This document shows positions 1 through 13,880 of a DNA stretch of 64,000 nt, in pieces; the first letter of the stretch is position 1; each line of letters begins with the position of its first letter. Below the pieces are notes generated by a model, which saw nothing but the letters and a program-made list of their open reading frames with translations, was not told the DNA's origin and did not search any database. A program made the translations under genes and the position numbers. This stretch comes from Eledone cirrhosa. Its lineage: Eukaryota. The stretch lies in contig OZ024743.1 of assembly GCA_964016885.1 (NCBI GenBank), forward strand, positions 81,592,001 through 81,656,000, read 5' to 3'.

Positions 1-203
1 TCTTGTATATATATATATATACATTGGTAGAGAGAGAGGGGGGGGGAGAGAGCGAGAGAAGTCGAGTCAGTTCTGTTTGAAGAACTCTTTTTGGATTGAT
101 TTCCAGTGGGCTTTGTAGGAATTCATTACACACACAAATATATATATACACTGAGAGAGAGACAAACACACACCCTTGCTCTCCTCTCTCTCGTCTCTAT
201 ATA

Positions 204-259
<56 letters not shown>

Positions 260-400
260 TATATACACAGATCGATAACGAAATATGCGTACGATGTATT
301 ATTATCACCTAGGAAACGATCGTAAAGCAGTGAAGTATTTTCCCTAATGACTTGAATTTTTATTTCATTGTTTTTAACTTTTATATATATATATATATAT

Positions 401-491
<91 letters not shown>

Positions 492-573
492 GGTATACAG
501 AAATAACAACACAATCGGTACAGTATATGGAGGGGATATATTAGGTTAACGCTTGATATAGCAGGAAGAAGGG

Positions 574-609
574 TCTTACCGTTTCGGACGTTAGCCTTTC
601 ATCAGAAGA
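574..609 (-). ncRNA. Degenerate minimal hammerhead ribozyme motif (PLE-type)
   Basis: Minus strand reads TCTT-CTGATGA-AAGGCTAACGTCC-GAAA-CGG-TA-AGA. Core boxes are intact, but stems I, II and III are imperfect. Confidence 0.45.
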
Positions 610-746
610 ATGATTGAGAAATAGGATAGATTGAGGGGACGGGCGGGTTGGAATTGGAAAAAATGTCTTTGGATAAATATAACAGGTCCATTCATGTTGA
701 CATCTCTTGCAAAACTGTTGGTGCTAGCGTTTTTGTGTATAGAGAG

Positions 747-1135
<389 letters not shown>

Positions 1136-1539
1136 TATATATTGTTCATGTATGTATGTATAGTATGTGTTGTGTGCATGCGTTTCAGAGAAAGAGAGAG
1201 AGAATTTGAAGCTCGTGTATTTAATTCTTTTACTAAAAACAATAGGTAAAATCCAACTAAAAAGAACTCAATACCCAAGTAGAGTCTAAAGATTTCAGTA
1301 GAAATATATTATAACTGTCACTTTTAAATTTTGTTATTGACGACGAAACAACGAATCCTAGTCACAATGTCGCCCTTAATACATTTTCATATATCAATCG
1401 TTAATCAGATGTTTCTGACATGTGACACGGCCCCACAATACCTTCTACTGACTGTACCCTACACACTATAAACTTTGGGGTAAGTCATGCTCCAACTACG
1501 GTGACATAACAGATTCTCTGTTATGTTACCGTAGGTCCA

Positions 1540-1935
1540 GCATAGCCGAATGGTTAAGAGGTTCGTTTCGCAATCAATAGGATCCGGGTTCAATCCCATC
1601 GAGTGGAATCTCCTACATGAGGCATTTGCTATAGCCCCGAGTCGACCAATGTCTGATAAGTGGAATTGGGTAGACAGAGACTGTTTGGAAGCCTGTCGCA
1701 TAGACTGTATCTATTGTGCGTTCAATTCCTGGTGGGGAGTTGTGTGCTTGAGCAAGACACTTTATTTCACATTGCTCCAGTGCATTCAGCTTTCTAGTTT
1801 GTCATACACTGTCTCACGTTGAATCTCCCTGAGAATTACGTTAGGTGGAATGATTAGCCACTTATAAGTTAATTTCATGTGCAGGCTGATTTAACAACTA
1901 AAAAACTCATCGTCGAAACCGATGGACGTCCATTG
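1540..1935 (+). mobile_element. tRNA-derived SINE composite (tRNA head, body, CORE-like segment, 3' segment)
   Basis: A-box-like TAGCCGAATGG and B-box-like GGTTCAATCC, then CORE-like TGTGCTTGAGCAAGACACTTTATTTCAC. The 3' segment GAATCTCCCTGAGAATTAC recurs at ~12570 and, degenerate, at ~29030 and ~39810. Confidence 0.7.
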
Positions 1936-1959
1936 TTATCGCCCTTCCTTATACCTCTT

Positions 1960-2330
1960 ATTCTGCACATGTTGATGTCTATCTACCTACAACACCCATA
2001 CATCTATGCAGATGATACAAAGATCCACACGATTTGAAACATCTGCTGACAGACATCACACTGACTTGCCCTTGGATTCAGGCCAAGTCACCAGTTTAAA
2101 GATAACTTCCTCTCTCCTTCTTCTCCATTCATGGAGACTTTGAAACGGGTCAGAGGTCCTGACATTCTTCTCTCCCTAACAAAGCAGCAAAATATGGAAA
2201 AACCGCCTTAGACAACTCGAACCAAAACTGCTCTAAGCTCAAGAACGGAACCCTTAAAATGGTTCTCCTATAAAATAACATGCCAATCAAGACCCTTTGA
2301 AGAATAAAGCCCTTTTCTTTGCGCATTAAT
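1960..2330 (+). pseudogene. Degenerate non-LTR retrotransposon RT fragment
   Basis: TATGCAGATGATACAAAGATC encodes YADDTKI; the surrounding frame is broken. Confidence 0.4.
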
Positions 2331-4060
2331 ATTGTTCAGCATATTTGTAGAATTAGCTACCTAAAGTTGTTGATTCTACTTACTAGTGCTGGAGGAGTTA
2401 AAGTCATGATTTTGCCTTTTCAATGTCTCTAACGCATATATTTTCCATTTAATCAATATTTTGTATTTCATTGCCTTTATTCTCAATATTTCCCATTTGG
2501 CAAGTCCTTATATTTCACAAATTTCTTTTCTTTTTCGAAGAATATATCTCTTTGATACTTGCGAACGTCTTTGTGTCATCTTTGACGACAATATCACTAC
2601 AATACATATTTTACATCTCAACCATTCCTTTTTGTCTGGAACAATCTATAGTGAAAATCTTTGCGAATATTTCTCTTTAGCGATTCCATGCTGCATCCTA
2701 TTTCATTATTAATGCCAAAATTGGTATTAAACTTTCCTTTATCTTGTTCCCTTATAATACTCTCGGATATTACTTCTCCAGAGTCCATGTTGACAGGCTT
2801 TCATCCCTTAAAATTTTATTCGCTACACTTTTTCATGCCAAATTCAATTCTCTTGTCATCAACCACTTTCTTTGTTGTTCTTGATAAAACCAAGAACTGA
2901 ATATTATTTCTGGCATACGGTTTCAAATTATCCATATATAAAAGCTATCTGTCAAAGCTATTAGATATGATGTAACTATATCCAATGATATACAGTCATG
3001 TGACAGTGAATTGAGAACCAGAAAAGGATCATATTGGAGAGGCGCTCATCTTTGAAACATTCAATTTGATATTAATATTTTATTACTGTTTTATTACATT
3101 CACATTTGATATGTGGTTTTATGTCTCTCATACAACATTCTCCTACTCCTCCTCTTTACTATATATAACTTTCAAACTGTTCACTCCAAAATCAGCTATT
3201 CACAAATGATTACAATAAGTGGATCAGATCCTTCGGTGTGACGAGGACGGCAATAGCTCAAATTATGGAGTTATCTCCCCATTAGTATGGAGTGGCTGTA
3301 GCATATAAGTTGTCTGCATTCGAATAATCCTTGAAACGGCAGTGTGTTGAAGGGATTCTAGTGAATAATATTCACGCGTGGAATGATAATGATGGCTTCT
3401 ATAGTAATTCAGAAAAAAAGACGGCGATGATAGAGAATAAGGATTTATGGTGATGACGTCCAGGAATATCATAACAATTGTCATATTCCTATGGCTTATT
3501 CAATGGAGCTCATATGATCATTGCAGTAACGGCCATGACCTTTATAAGCGTCGGTGTCAGGTTAGGCAAAGAGAGAAGACCATCCCTCAAGTAAGCAGTA
3601 AATTGGGATATTCAACTATTGTCAGATGTGAGTCCTGGTCCAAATGTTTTTCAGAGTGTGACGGGTTTCCAAATTCATGCCCATGGATCAACGCAGCTAT
3701 TTAATACAAGCCACACTTGAGCAATGTTTCATGCAATCAGATCAAATCGGGCGTCACATGATTCCGACACTAAAATCTTAAATATACTTCTGTACAGCTA
3801 TCCATCGTGATACGGCATTAAGATACCGGTGGTTGTATAACCTGTCTTAACGTTGAACATTGAAAAGATTAATCCTTCCAGGAAAGCAATTATTATAGCC
3901 AAAGTATCCTTGTTTCCAGGCCGATAATCTCAGTTCTATACATAACAGACAGGTGAACTCAACCAGTGTAGAACTTTATCTTATGTGTAGAAACAAAATG
4001 AAATGTCTGCAGTGTATTGGAATTCGTGACTTAGAGTAAATATATGAAAACTATATACAC

Positions 4061-4336
<276 letters not shown>

Positions 4337-4485
4337 ATATATATAATTATATAGATATCGTATTTAATAGAGTACGACCCATCAAGTCAGAAATCTTCAG
4401 TCCAAGAGGACAATACCATCGACTGCTTCCCCTTCCTTAAAATGCGTCACATTTTGCCAAGATTAGGAACTATTACTAAATCGGC

Positions 4486-4565
4486 TAGTAGTAGTAGTAG
4501 TAGTGGTGGTGGTGGTGGTGGTAGTGGTGGTGGTGGTGGTGGTGGTGGTGGTGGTGGTGGTGGTG

Positions 4566-4662
<97 letters not shown>

Positions 4663-4676
4663 TGGTGGTGGTGGTG

Positions 4677-4728
<52 letters not shown>

Positions 4729-4776
4729 CCTCCTCCTCCCCTTCCTCCTCCTCATCATCATCATCAGCAGCAGTAC

Positions 4777-4815
<39 letters not shown>

Positions 4816-4854
4816 CCTCCTCCTCCTCCTCCTCCTCCTCCTCATCATCATCAT

Positions 4855-4885
<31 letters not shown>

Positions 4886-5420
4886 AGCAGCAGCAGTGTA
4901 AAAGGACGTTCATTGCACCTGACATCAATAAAACCGAGTCAAATTACCTTCGAGATTTGCATGACACGTCACTTCCTGTTAAGATTTTCGAAATAATGTT
5001 AATGGCGGCGTTAGTAATGGAGGTATTATGGGATCGTTCGTGACGTGGTGGTGTCTGTGATTATGATGATAGTGGTAGTGGTGGTGGTGGTGGTGGTGGT
5101 GTTGTTGTTGGTGGTGGTGGTAGTGGTGATGTTGGTGGTGGTATTGCTGTTGGGGGTTGGTGGCGGTGGTGGTGGTACTGGTGATGTTGGTGGTGGTATT
5201 GGTGTTAGGGGTTGGTGGCCGTGGTGGTGGTAGTGGCGGTGGTGTTGGTCTTGGTGGTGGTGGTAAGAGTGGTGGTGGTGTTGAGGGTGCCGCCGCTGCT
5301 GCTGGGGGCGATGGTGGTGGCGGTGAGGATGGTGGTAGTGGCGGCGGCAACAGGAGTGGTGGTGGTGGTGGTGGTGGTGTGGGTGTTGGTGGTGTAGCTG
5401 AGTTGGTGGTGGTGGCGGGG
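4486..5420. repeat. Compound trinucleotide repeats (TAG/TGG/CTC/CAT/CAG) followed by a degenerate (GGT)n tract
   Basis: Directly visible; source of the poly-S/G/V/L ORFs. Confidence 0.95.
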
Positions 5421-5526
5421 GTGTTGAATATAATGATTTGTGAGTGTAATGGTAAGGACAGAGGTAGTAACTGTTATGGTAGTGGACATTGTATAATTGA
5501 TAGTTACATACCTGATAATACTGGTC

Positions 5527-5619
<93 letters not shown>

Positions 5620-5661
5620 GAGATAGATAGATAGATAGAGAGATAGGTAGATAGATAGATT

Positions 5662-5691
<30 letters not shown>
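5527..5691. repeat. (GATA)n tract abutting the 3' end of the Tx1 LINE
   Basis: The tract directly adjoins ATTTCTTTATT, which is AATAAAGAAAT on the LINE strand. Confidence 0.95.
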
Positions 5692-5692
<1 letters not shown>

Positions 5693-5922
5693 TTCTTTAT
5701 TAGCCACAAGGGCGCACAAGAAAAGGGGACAATTCAAAGCCATGCCGGGGATTTTACATACAGTCGTGTAAAAAATATAAAAACAAACAATTACAACAAT
5801 CGAATCCCCAATAGGGGGAGGCGCCACAAATGGGTTGTTTAATACACCGTCGATAGAACAACCTTCAATTCCAGGAGTGTGTTGTGCAAATGTCCTTTCT
5901 TCCTTTTGCTCTCTTCTTTAAC

Positions 5923-8900
5923 CTACAGGCTTATAAACAGAGAAGGCCCTATCACTCGGGCCATTTTAGCTTCATTTACCCACCTTTCAGTAAATTTACT
6001 GGGGTGCAGTGCCTCTCTCTCCATTCTGATTCTCCTTCTAAAGTGATACTTAAAGAAGGGAATCAATTGCTGTCCGGAGAGAAAGGCATCTGTCCTCAGT
6101 CCTCTCAATCTCGTCCACCATATAACTTCTTTCACCATAGCCACTGTACAGAGGAAAACCGCCTCTCTTTCGTTTTTGAAAGAGGCTGGCGCTTTGATCT
6201 TTACTATGGACTCGGCAGTAAACTGGATTTGTCCCATACGCGACAGCAGTTGTTCTGCATAGTTCCACAGGTCGGTTACGCCCGGGCAGTGTACAATTGC
6301 GTGCAGGACTGTTTCAATGTCCTGCGCGCATCTTGGACACGTCCTCTTGGAAAGATCCCTGCCGGGCGTCAGTGCCTGTAGATCTTGTCACGAACCGGTA
6401 GAGCTCCTCGGTAGCACTGCTGGAAGTTGTCCATAGGTCCCGAGCGGAAAGTCCTACCAAACAGACTGGTGAGCTCATCGTCTTCGACGCCCATTGTCTC
6501 TCCGAGCACGTCGTCGCCCTTGTAACGTACAATCCCTCTATAGAATGTCGAAGTGGAGTCTCCACTGATTGCTGCACCCGCTGGCCAGAGGACTGTGAGC
6601 GCCTGAGCGCATTCAATGTGCCAGGCGCCCATTTTCCTCGGTCTTTGCTTGACCCAGGACTACAGCTCCGTCAGCGAGACGAGCTGTGGGAAAGCCTGTC
6701 CCGCAAACGGTGCCCACACCGGTTGGGGGTCGATAAGGAATACGTAGAGATGCCGCAGCCTCAGCGCATGTTTTGCGCATCATCAGCCACAGCATTCCCA
6801 GCACTCCGTTGGAAGGGTGCTGACAGCAGACGGATCTCCTCACCAGCGGAGCCTGCTTCTTCCACAGAAACTGGAAGAGCATGCGTTCCATCTTGGCGAG
6901 GTGTTCACAGGGACAAGGCATGACAGTCAAGCGGTAGTAGATGACGGACGCTATGAAAGTGTTCGCCACCTCCGCTCGACCTTTCAAGGACAGTTTGCAC
7001 TCTGCCCACTTCTGGGTGAGTGCAAACACCTTCGCCGTGACCTCGTTCCAGTTTTTCTCCACCTGGAGGTCTGGACCGAACCAGACCCCGAGCAATTTCA
7101 CCGGTCCGTCGGTCCAGCGTCCAACGACGCTGTCGGACGTCATCTGTTTGCCTCTCCACGTACCGAGTTGCAAACTGACAGACTTGTCCGGGTTTACTTT
7201 TGCTCCCGTCAGCGTTTCGTATTCTTTCAGTAAGTTGCCGATCACCCCGATTTCCGAGGTGCTCGACACCATTACCGTCACGTCGTCGGCATAAGCCGAC
7301 GTCGCTTTGCGCAGTCCGCGTTCAAGAGGGATGCCCTGCAACTGCTCCAATTTCCACAGTAGTGGCTCTAGAGTCAATACATACAGAATGGTGGAGAGAG
7401 GGCACCCCTGTCGAATGGAACGCGTGATTGCGAACGGCTCCGATAGGTAGCCGTTCACCTTGACCCTCGAGCAGATGCTGGTGTGCATCGCCTCGATCCA
7501 GCCTCTGAAAACGGGACCGAAACCGGCCGCCTTGAGAACCGCTTCCAAGTATCGATGGTCGACCCTATCGAATGCCTTAGAATGATCCAAATTGATCCCA
7601 CCGAAGCCGGGTTTACTACCCACCCTCTCTATGATGTATCGCATGAGGTGGAAGTTGTCGTGTATGGACCGGGTCGGGATTGCACACGTTTGCGCTTTTC
7701 CTACCAGGTTCTCGATGACAAGCGACAACCTCGTCACTAGCACCTTGGCCAAAATCTTTAACTCTGTTTTGGGCAGAGTTATGGGCCTGAAGTTGTTAAT
7801 TTCGTCCCCCTTGTTCTCGTCTTTCCTGATCAGCGCTACTATGCCCTTGCCTGCAGAACTGGGAATTCTCCCGTTCTGCTGCCAATTGCAGTAGACGGCT
7901 TCGAGGACACCAGAGAACAAGTCCGGCATGCCTATGTAAAACTCATAGGGTAGACCATCTAGACCGGGTGACTTGCGTTTCCCGCAGCGACCCAGGGCGT
8001 CCCGTATCTCAGTGTCCGTGGTCGGTCTTTCGCAGAACTCGGCGCTCGTGTTCGAGAGACGCGGCAGGCCGTCGAGGTATGATCTAAAGGCCATTAGCCC
8101 GTTCGGCTCACCGTCGTTCTGCTCAAACAGTCGCGAAAAGTGCTGCTGAAAGGCTGCGTACATGTGCTTGAGGTCAAGTAGCACGTGTCCGTGTTGGTCT
8201 TTCAAAGACCGAATGGACAGCTGACAGCTTTCGCTCCTTCGTTTCCTAGAGCACGTGTTTTGACCACGCAGCCTTCGCGTTTCGCATCGAAGAACTCGTC
8301 CAGTGCCGTTCTCGACGCTAACACTCTAGCCACGTTGCCACTTCTAAGTGCCTCCTCTACCTTGGCTACTAGTTCTCTTTCTATTTTGTTTTTCTCTAAG
8401 GCTAACTCTCTGCTAAACCCGATCGATTCTATTCTAATTGCTTTCTTGAGAAAGCACCATCATTTATTGTTGACGATGGCTCCCGTTAACTGTTGCTTGA
8501 CTAGTCTACTGTAAGCTTTACGTGCCGGCAACGACACGTTCAGCTTCCAGTATCCGCGTCCTTGTCTATGTGTTCTATCACGGTTGACTAAGCAGACGAC
8601 TAACTTGTGATCTGAATAGGCAACCATGTGCATTCGTGGACAGCTGAACATCTCAATGTCCCTTTCTCTAATGAAACACCTATCTAAATACGATCTAGAT
8701 GTCCCGCTGCGGTTTGCCCACGTCCACTGTGGTGCAGTCGGGAAATCCAGTCGATACCTATCGGCCAGTTGGAATTGGCCGATTAAAGTTTTGAGGCTGT
8801 TGCACCCCCTTCTACTGGGACATGCTCCCACATAGTCCCATCGTGCATCTAGGATACCATTCCAGTCCCCCACTAAAAGTAAGGAGCGAGACGTTCCCAG

Positions 8901-9293
8901 AAAAGACTCTAGACGCTTAAAGAAGTCTGGCCGTGATTGCGATTGCCCGGTTGGGGCATAAACGGCCACCAGTCTGAAGGCTCCACCTCCAATACTGTTC
9001 ACGTCTAGGACTACCAGTCTACCCTCCGGGTACAAGTGTATTTGCTGTACTTCGACGTCCAGGTTCTTCCGAAACATGACAGCCACTCCCCCTCCACCTC
9101 CTGGCTGACAGAGAGATGCTTAGATCTCAAAGTCGTCGAAGATGGGAGTTATTTGCTGCCTGTTGTGTATCCTGGACTTGGTGATTTCTATCACATACAT
9201 ACCGTGTGACCTAAGGTCGTTTAAAAGTTGACCCTGTTTTCAGGGCATCCCTAGGCCACGCACATTCATGCTTCCAACTCGTAAACTAGCCAT
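5923..9293 (-). pseudogene. LINE ORF2 (APE endonuclease + reverse transcriptase + zinc finger), disrupted by stops and frameshifts
   Basis: Start MASLRVGSMNVRGL at 9293. EN motifs VYAP, GDWN, YLDR, SDH. RT motifs KSPGLDG, NFRPITL, KAFDRVDH, RQGCPLS, YADD. C-terminal CPRC..ETVLHAIVHCP near 6280-6340. Confidence 0.93.
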
Positions 9294-9299
9294 GTTGGT

Positions 9300-10660
9300 G
9301 AAGAAGAGTTGGAGAAAAAGGACGAAAGGTGCACTTACCTTTTTGTTTCCTGGAGATCGGGTTGTTCAATCTACATTTGGGTGCTGTATGGAGTGTTGGG
9401 TGGGGTGGGGAAACATTTTAACATGACGCTGTTGATGGGTTTCTGGCAGGGGTTGCCCACGTCCTGTGAAAATTTGTTTTTCAGGTCATTATACGTTTCC
9501 ATAGAAACCCTTATAAGTTTAAGGTGTGGAGACGATTCTGCCTTGACGAAAGTTTTGCCCTCCGTCTCCACCTTGGGGTTTTGGGAGATGACCTCCATCA
9601 AACTTTTGTTGTTTGTGTTGATGTATACGTATTGTTGTTTGTGTTTCTGTTGTGTTGTTTTAGTTTGTTGTTCGTCCGGGAGTTTTCTTTTTATGGTGGG
9701 TGCTTGTGTTTGGGTGGTGTTGGTTTTGCTGGTAGGGGGATGTTTGATTGTGGTGTTGTTTGTGTTGTTGTTTGTGTCTGTGGTTGTGTGTTGGTGGTGG
9801 TGATTGGAGTTTTGGGGGGTTTTGTGGTGTCTTTTTTCTTTTAGATTTCCGCGGCTCTCCCTCTTCTTCACTTAAAGAAGGAGAAGCAGCTTCATCCGTT
9901 GATGAATAATCATCGTCAGGAATGTGGAGTAGGGGTATGTTGTGTGGTGGTGGTGTTTCGGTGTGTGTGTTTGTGGTAGTGTTTGATGGAGTGGGATGGG
10001 GTGGGGCTGTGTTCTTCAGGAGTGTTGTCTCTGTTTTTTTCTGTTGTTGTTGGTTGAGTGTTTGTTTTGGTGTGGTTGCTCGTTTCGTATGTCGTTGTAC
10101 TTGTGGTGGTGGTGGTGGTTGTTTTGATGTTGGGGTTGGTAATAGTGTTTTTTTAATGATGTTGTTGTGGTGTGTTTGTGAAGGACAGGGGCTTTTAGGT
10201 GTGCTGTGCTACCACAGCGAAAGCAATGAATTTTTCGTCCTTCTACCGAAATGTTTATTTTGTTGTTGTCGTCGATGACGATTCTTTCGGGTATTTTGGA
10301 GATTCTCTCCGGCCTCATTTGCAACAGAATCTCCAAATCAGTACCCGCCCACCTTTGTCGAATAGACTTTCGTATCGAAAGAATCATAGTTTCTGGCTCT
10401 ACGAATCCAGCCAAGATCCACCAGATGTTAATGATTGCGGGTATATTTTTATTTTTTTATTTTTTGTGTCCTTTTTCCCATGTATGTAGGGTAAAAGGTG
10501 AATGCTTTTGACACTATTGGTGTCATAGAATGTTTTTGGGCGAGTGCCTCGCTTTTAAACAGTACGAAAACACTTCCGTACTGTTTTCCTCGTTGGAGAA
10601 AGTCGATATTTGCTAAAATTTCCTTGAAAGTTGCTTCAAATATCTGTTTGACTAACAAAT
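9300..10660 (-). pseudogene. LINE ORF1 (Tx1-type gag-like protein), frameshifted
   Basis: Fragments ...ISVEGRKIHCFRCGSTAHLKA (CCHC knuckle) followed by a low-complexity T/N/K/Q-rich tail, lying directly upstream of ORF2. Confidence 0.75.
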
Positions 10661-10668
10661 ATCGGCTT

Positions 10669-11280
10669 GAATTACGCCGTACAGTGTCGAGCTGTTTGTT
10701 TGTTCACAAACAAAACGAGCATTATAATAAATGTTCGGTAAACCGATACGTGCATATATATGTGTGCATGTATGTATATATATATACATACTACTGTGCG
10801 TCTGTATACATATATGTATGTACGTATACATACATATATACTTACATTTAAGTAACTGCCGTACAAAGAGTGAGAAATGAAATTTTGCTTCATTCTATTC
10901 CATTTATCGTTTTCGGTGCGCCCGGCCGACTAAACTCAGTCGATATGCAAATTAGGCTGCTCAGCCGTTAATATGCATAAGGAAAGTATATACTTTCAGA
11001 CGTTCAACCATCTGGCAGGAAGGTATACGATGCTGACGATAGCTAATAAGCTTTAAACTAGTACATCCTTCCTGTGTCAGTGTTGAACAAAAAGGTGATG
11101 TGGTTGCCTAAACACTGTACGGCATAATTCGGGCTGTTTGTTTGTTTACAAACAAAACGAGTATTATAATAAATGTTCGGTAAAGAGATACGTGCATATA
11201 TATGTGTGCATGTATGTATATATATACATACTACTGTGCGTCTGTATACATATATGTATGTACGTATACATACATGTATA
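10669..11280 (+). mobile_element. HHR-containing ~442-bp unit in partial tandem (PLE pLTR or retrozyme-like)
   Basis: Segment 10691-10845 repeats at 11133-11275 (period 442). HHR motif at 11029-11067. A homologous monomer lies at 49410-49860 on the minus strand. Confidence 0.75.
11029..11067 (+). ncRNA. Hammerhead motif with GAAA>TAAA core mutation
   Basis: GATG-CTGACGA-TAGC-TAATAA-GCTT-TAAA-CTAG-TA-CATC; the sister copy at 49726 has an intact GAAA. Confidence 0.7.
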
Positions 11281-11330
11281 TATAGAGAGAGAGTGTGTGT
11301 GTTATGTAATAATCAACATAAGATAATTAT

Positions 11331-11392
11331 TTCATTTACCAGTGGTTTCTTGAAGACAGATATTTATATATGTCTTCAGTCGTCAGAATGAA
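11331..11392 (-). ncRNA. Type I hammerhead ribozyme, core intact
   Basis: TTCATT-CTGACGA-C-TGAAGACA-(12 nt loop)-TGTCTTCA-A-GAAA-CCACTGG-TA-AATGAA: 6-bp stem I, 8-bp stem II, GUA cleavage triplet. Confidence 0.8.
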
Positions 11393-11595
11393 TAACAGAA
11401 TGTTTATTGAATATGGATTTGAAAACAAAATTTAGGAAATATGAATGTGAGGCTAAAATCAAATAACGGGCAAAGAATTGAGGAGAAAAGAAAATATATA
11501 AATAAATATCCAGAACATACACACACTGAAACACACGCTTATACGTAATAGTACGTAAACGTATCCATTCTCACAATATCTCTCCATACACATAC

Positions 11596-11685
<90 letters not shown>

Positions 11686-12287
11686 ATATACACACATACA
11701 CTCACATACACACCCATATATATACACACACAAACACACACACATATATATGTGTTTATGTTGTTTATTACATAACTAAAAGGCTATGTAGCCTACATAG
11801 AGCAGTCTCTTTTCCTTTACCTTTCCTACGGAAATACTTAGTCTAAGAAGTTGGTTGGGTATAGGCAGCAGTTTTGTAAGATTACCCAAAGACCAGTCTG
11901 GCCAAGTGGAAGAATATAGCGGGGTAAGCGCGGCTGAACATACGCAGTGCGGCTTCCTGGTAGGAAAACAGAGGGTGTTATTCCACGTTGTTTAATGGTA
12001 AGTCTACCGCCGGTAAATTAGGCCAGGGTGTGGTGTTGAGAGCATCAGGTATTATGGTGGTTATACAGTTGTTGGGGTCCATCCGTAGAAAGATTGTTGT
12101 AGTCGATGCCCGCAATTTATGAGAGTTTCAGCCCGACTATTTATGAGTTCTTGGGGTGCTTGCACTATATAATATAGTTCCATTATGCAGAGTTGGCAGC
12201 TTTTGAAAAAATTGTATGGTGTTGCTTGGTTCACAATTTCCTAATGAGTGGTGTAGCTAATGTTAGAGTTATTTAATTGGGTAATAT

Positions 12288-12456
12288 TATTAAAATAACA
12301 GATTAAAGTTTAAGCAAAGAATCGCCCGTTAAGGGTGTAAGCAGCGATTCTTTGCTTAAACTTTAATACATATTTGCTCTACGGTTCTTATATATTTGAT
12401 ATATATTTATCTTTATCGAGCCCTCTTTGGATTTTAGTCTTCACATTTATTATTAT

Positions 12457-12460
<4 letters not shown>
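12288..12460. mobile_element. TA-associated fold-back repeat, family F2
   Basis: Arms ATTAAAGTTTAAGCAAAGAATCGC and its reverse complement. Relatives at 44933-45115, 55506-55590 and a partial copy at ~47005-47060. Confidence 0.75.
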
Positions 12461-12521
<61 letters not shown>

Positions 12522-12917
12522 AAACGCGAAATGTATTTATAAAGCAATATATTCATTCTAATGTGCTATGCCGAATCTCCCTGAGAATTACTTTAAGGAT
12601 ACATATGTCTATGGAATGTTCTACTACGTGGACGTTAATTCCACGAGAAGACTGTTCTGTTGAATTGGAACACATTTCATCTAAACGACCGGAGGCCCAT
12701 TACATTCCACATCTCTGGTCGAGATTTCTGTAAGACATCTTGGAAATTCATCTCTCTAATAAATGTTGGTGTCCTTAACAAATATTCTCTTTACAACAAC
12801 GTGGATTCAGGTTCGTTCTACCTACCTGGGGCCTTGAGTATGGCTTGTATTGAGGATTGGGTTCAGTAATATGTTATGAGAGAAATTTGATAGAGAGTAA
12901 TCGTTCGAAAACTCCTC

Positions 12918-12996
<79 letters not shown>

Positions 12997-13199
12997 GGGG
13001 GGGGCGGGGGGGGGGGTGGAGTTTTCAGAAAGAGAGAGAGAGAAATATTTCAAGTGGTATAAGAAGAGAAGGTATCTGTTGTGTGAGATGAAAATGTAAG
13101 GAAGGGTCTAATACAAAATTATGGATGGAGAGAAAATAAGCCGCAAGCAGAAAGTCTGAAAAATAATGAAACACAACAGAATGTAAACACACACATTAA

Positions 13200-13880
13200 C
13201 AGACAGACACACACACAGATACACACACACACACACACACAGATACACACACACAGATACACACACACACTAACAGACAAACATACACACGCAAACACAG
13301 ACGCACACAGATACACATACAGATACACACACACTCATAGAGAGGTACACAAACACAGACACACACATACAGATACACACAGGTACACATACACAGACAC
13401 ACGGACACAGATACAGATACACAGATACACACAGACGCACACACACACACACACAGAGATATACACAGATACACACAGGTACACATACACAGTGATACAC
13501 ACAGGTACACATACACAGACACACATACACAGATACACACACACAAACACAGATACACAGACGCTCACGCACAGATATATACACAGACACACACACATAC
13601 ACAGAGGTACACATACACAGTGATACACACAGAGGTACACATACACAGTGATACACACAGCTACACACACACAAACACAGATACACAGACACACACATAG
13701 ACGGAGGTACACATACACAGTGATACACACAGAGGTAAACATACACAGTGATACACACAGCTACACACACACAGATACACAGACACACACATAGACGGAG
13801 GTACACATACACAGTGATACACAGAGAGGTACACATACACAGTGATACATACAGCTACACATACACAGATACACATACAC
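13200..13880. repeat. CA-derived compound minisatellite with a ~28-bp CACAGAGGTACACATACACAGTGATACA unit
   Basis: Directly visible recurring units. Confidence 0.85.

Larger units (their letters stand above)
5690..10665 (-). mobile_element. Tx1-clade (L1 group) LINE, near full length, decayed
   Basis: ORF1 relic with zinc knuckle, ORF2 with APE endonuclease, RT and C-terminal CCHC, and a 3' UTR with AATAAA followed by (CTAT)n. Confidence 0.93.

Noticed and set aside
1540-1600. tRNA gene
   Set aside because: A and B boxes are present, but there is no complete cloverleaf and the sequence continues into a SINE body.
2350-3900. Possible very old LINE fragments on the minus strand
   Set aside because: Only faint motif resemblance; not supportable without an alignment.
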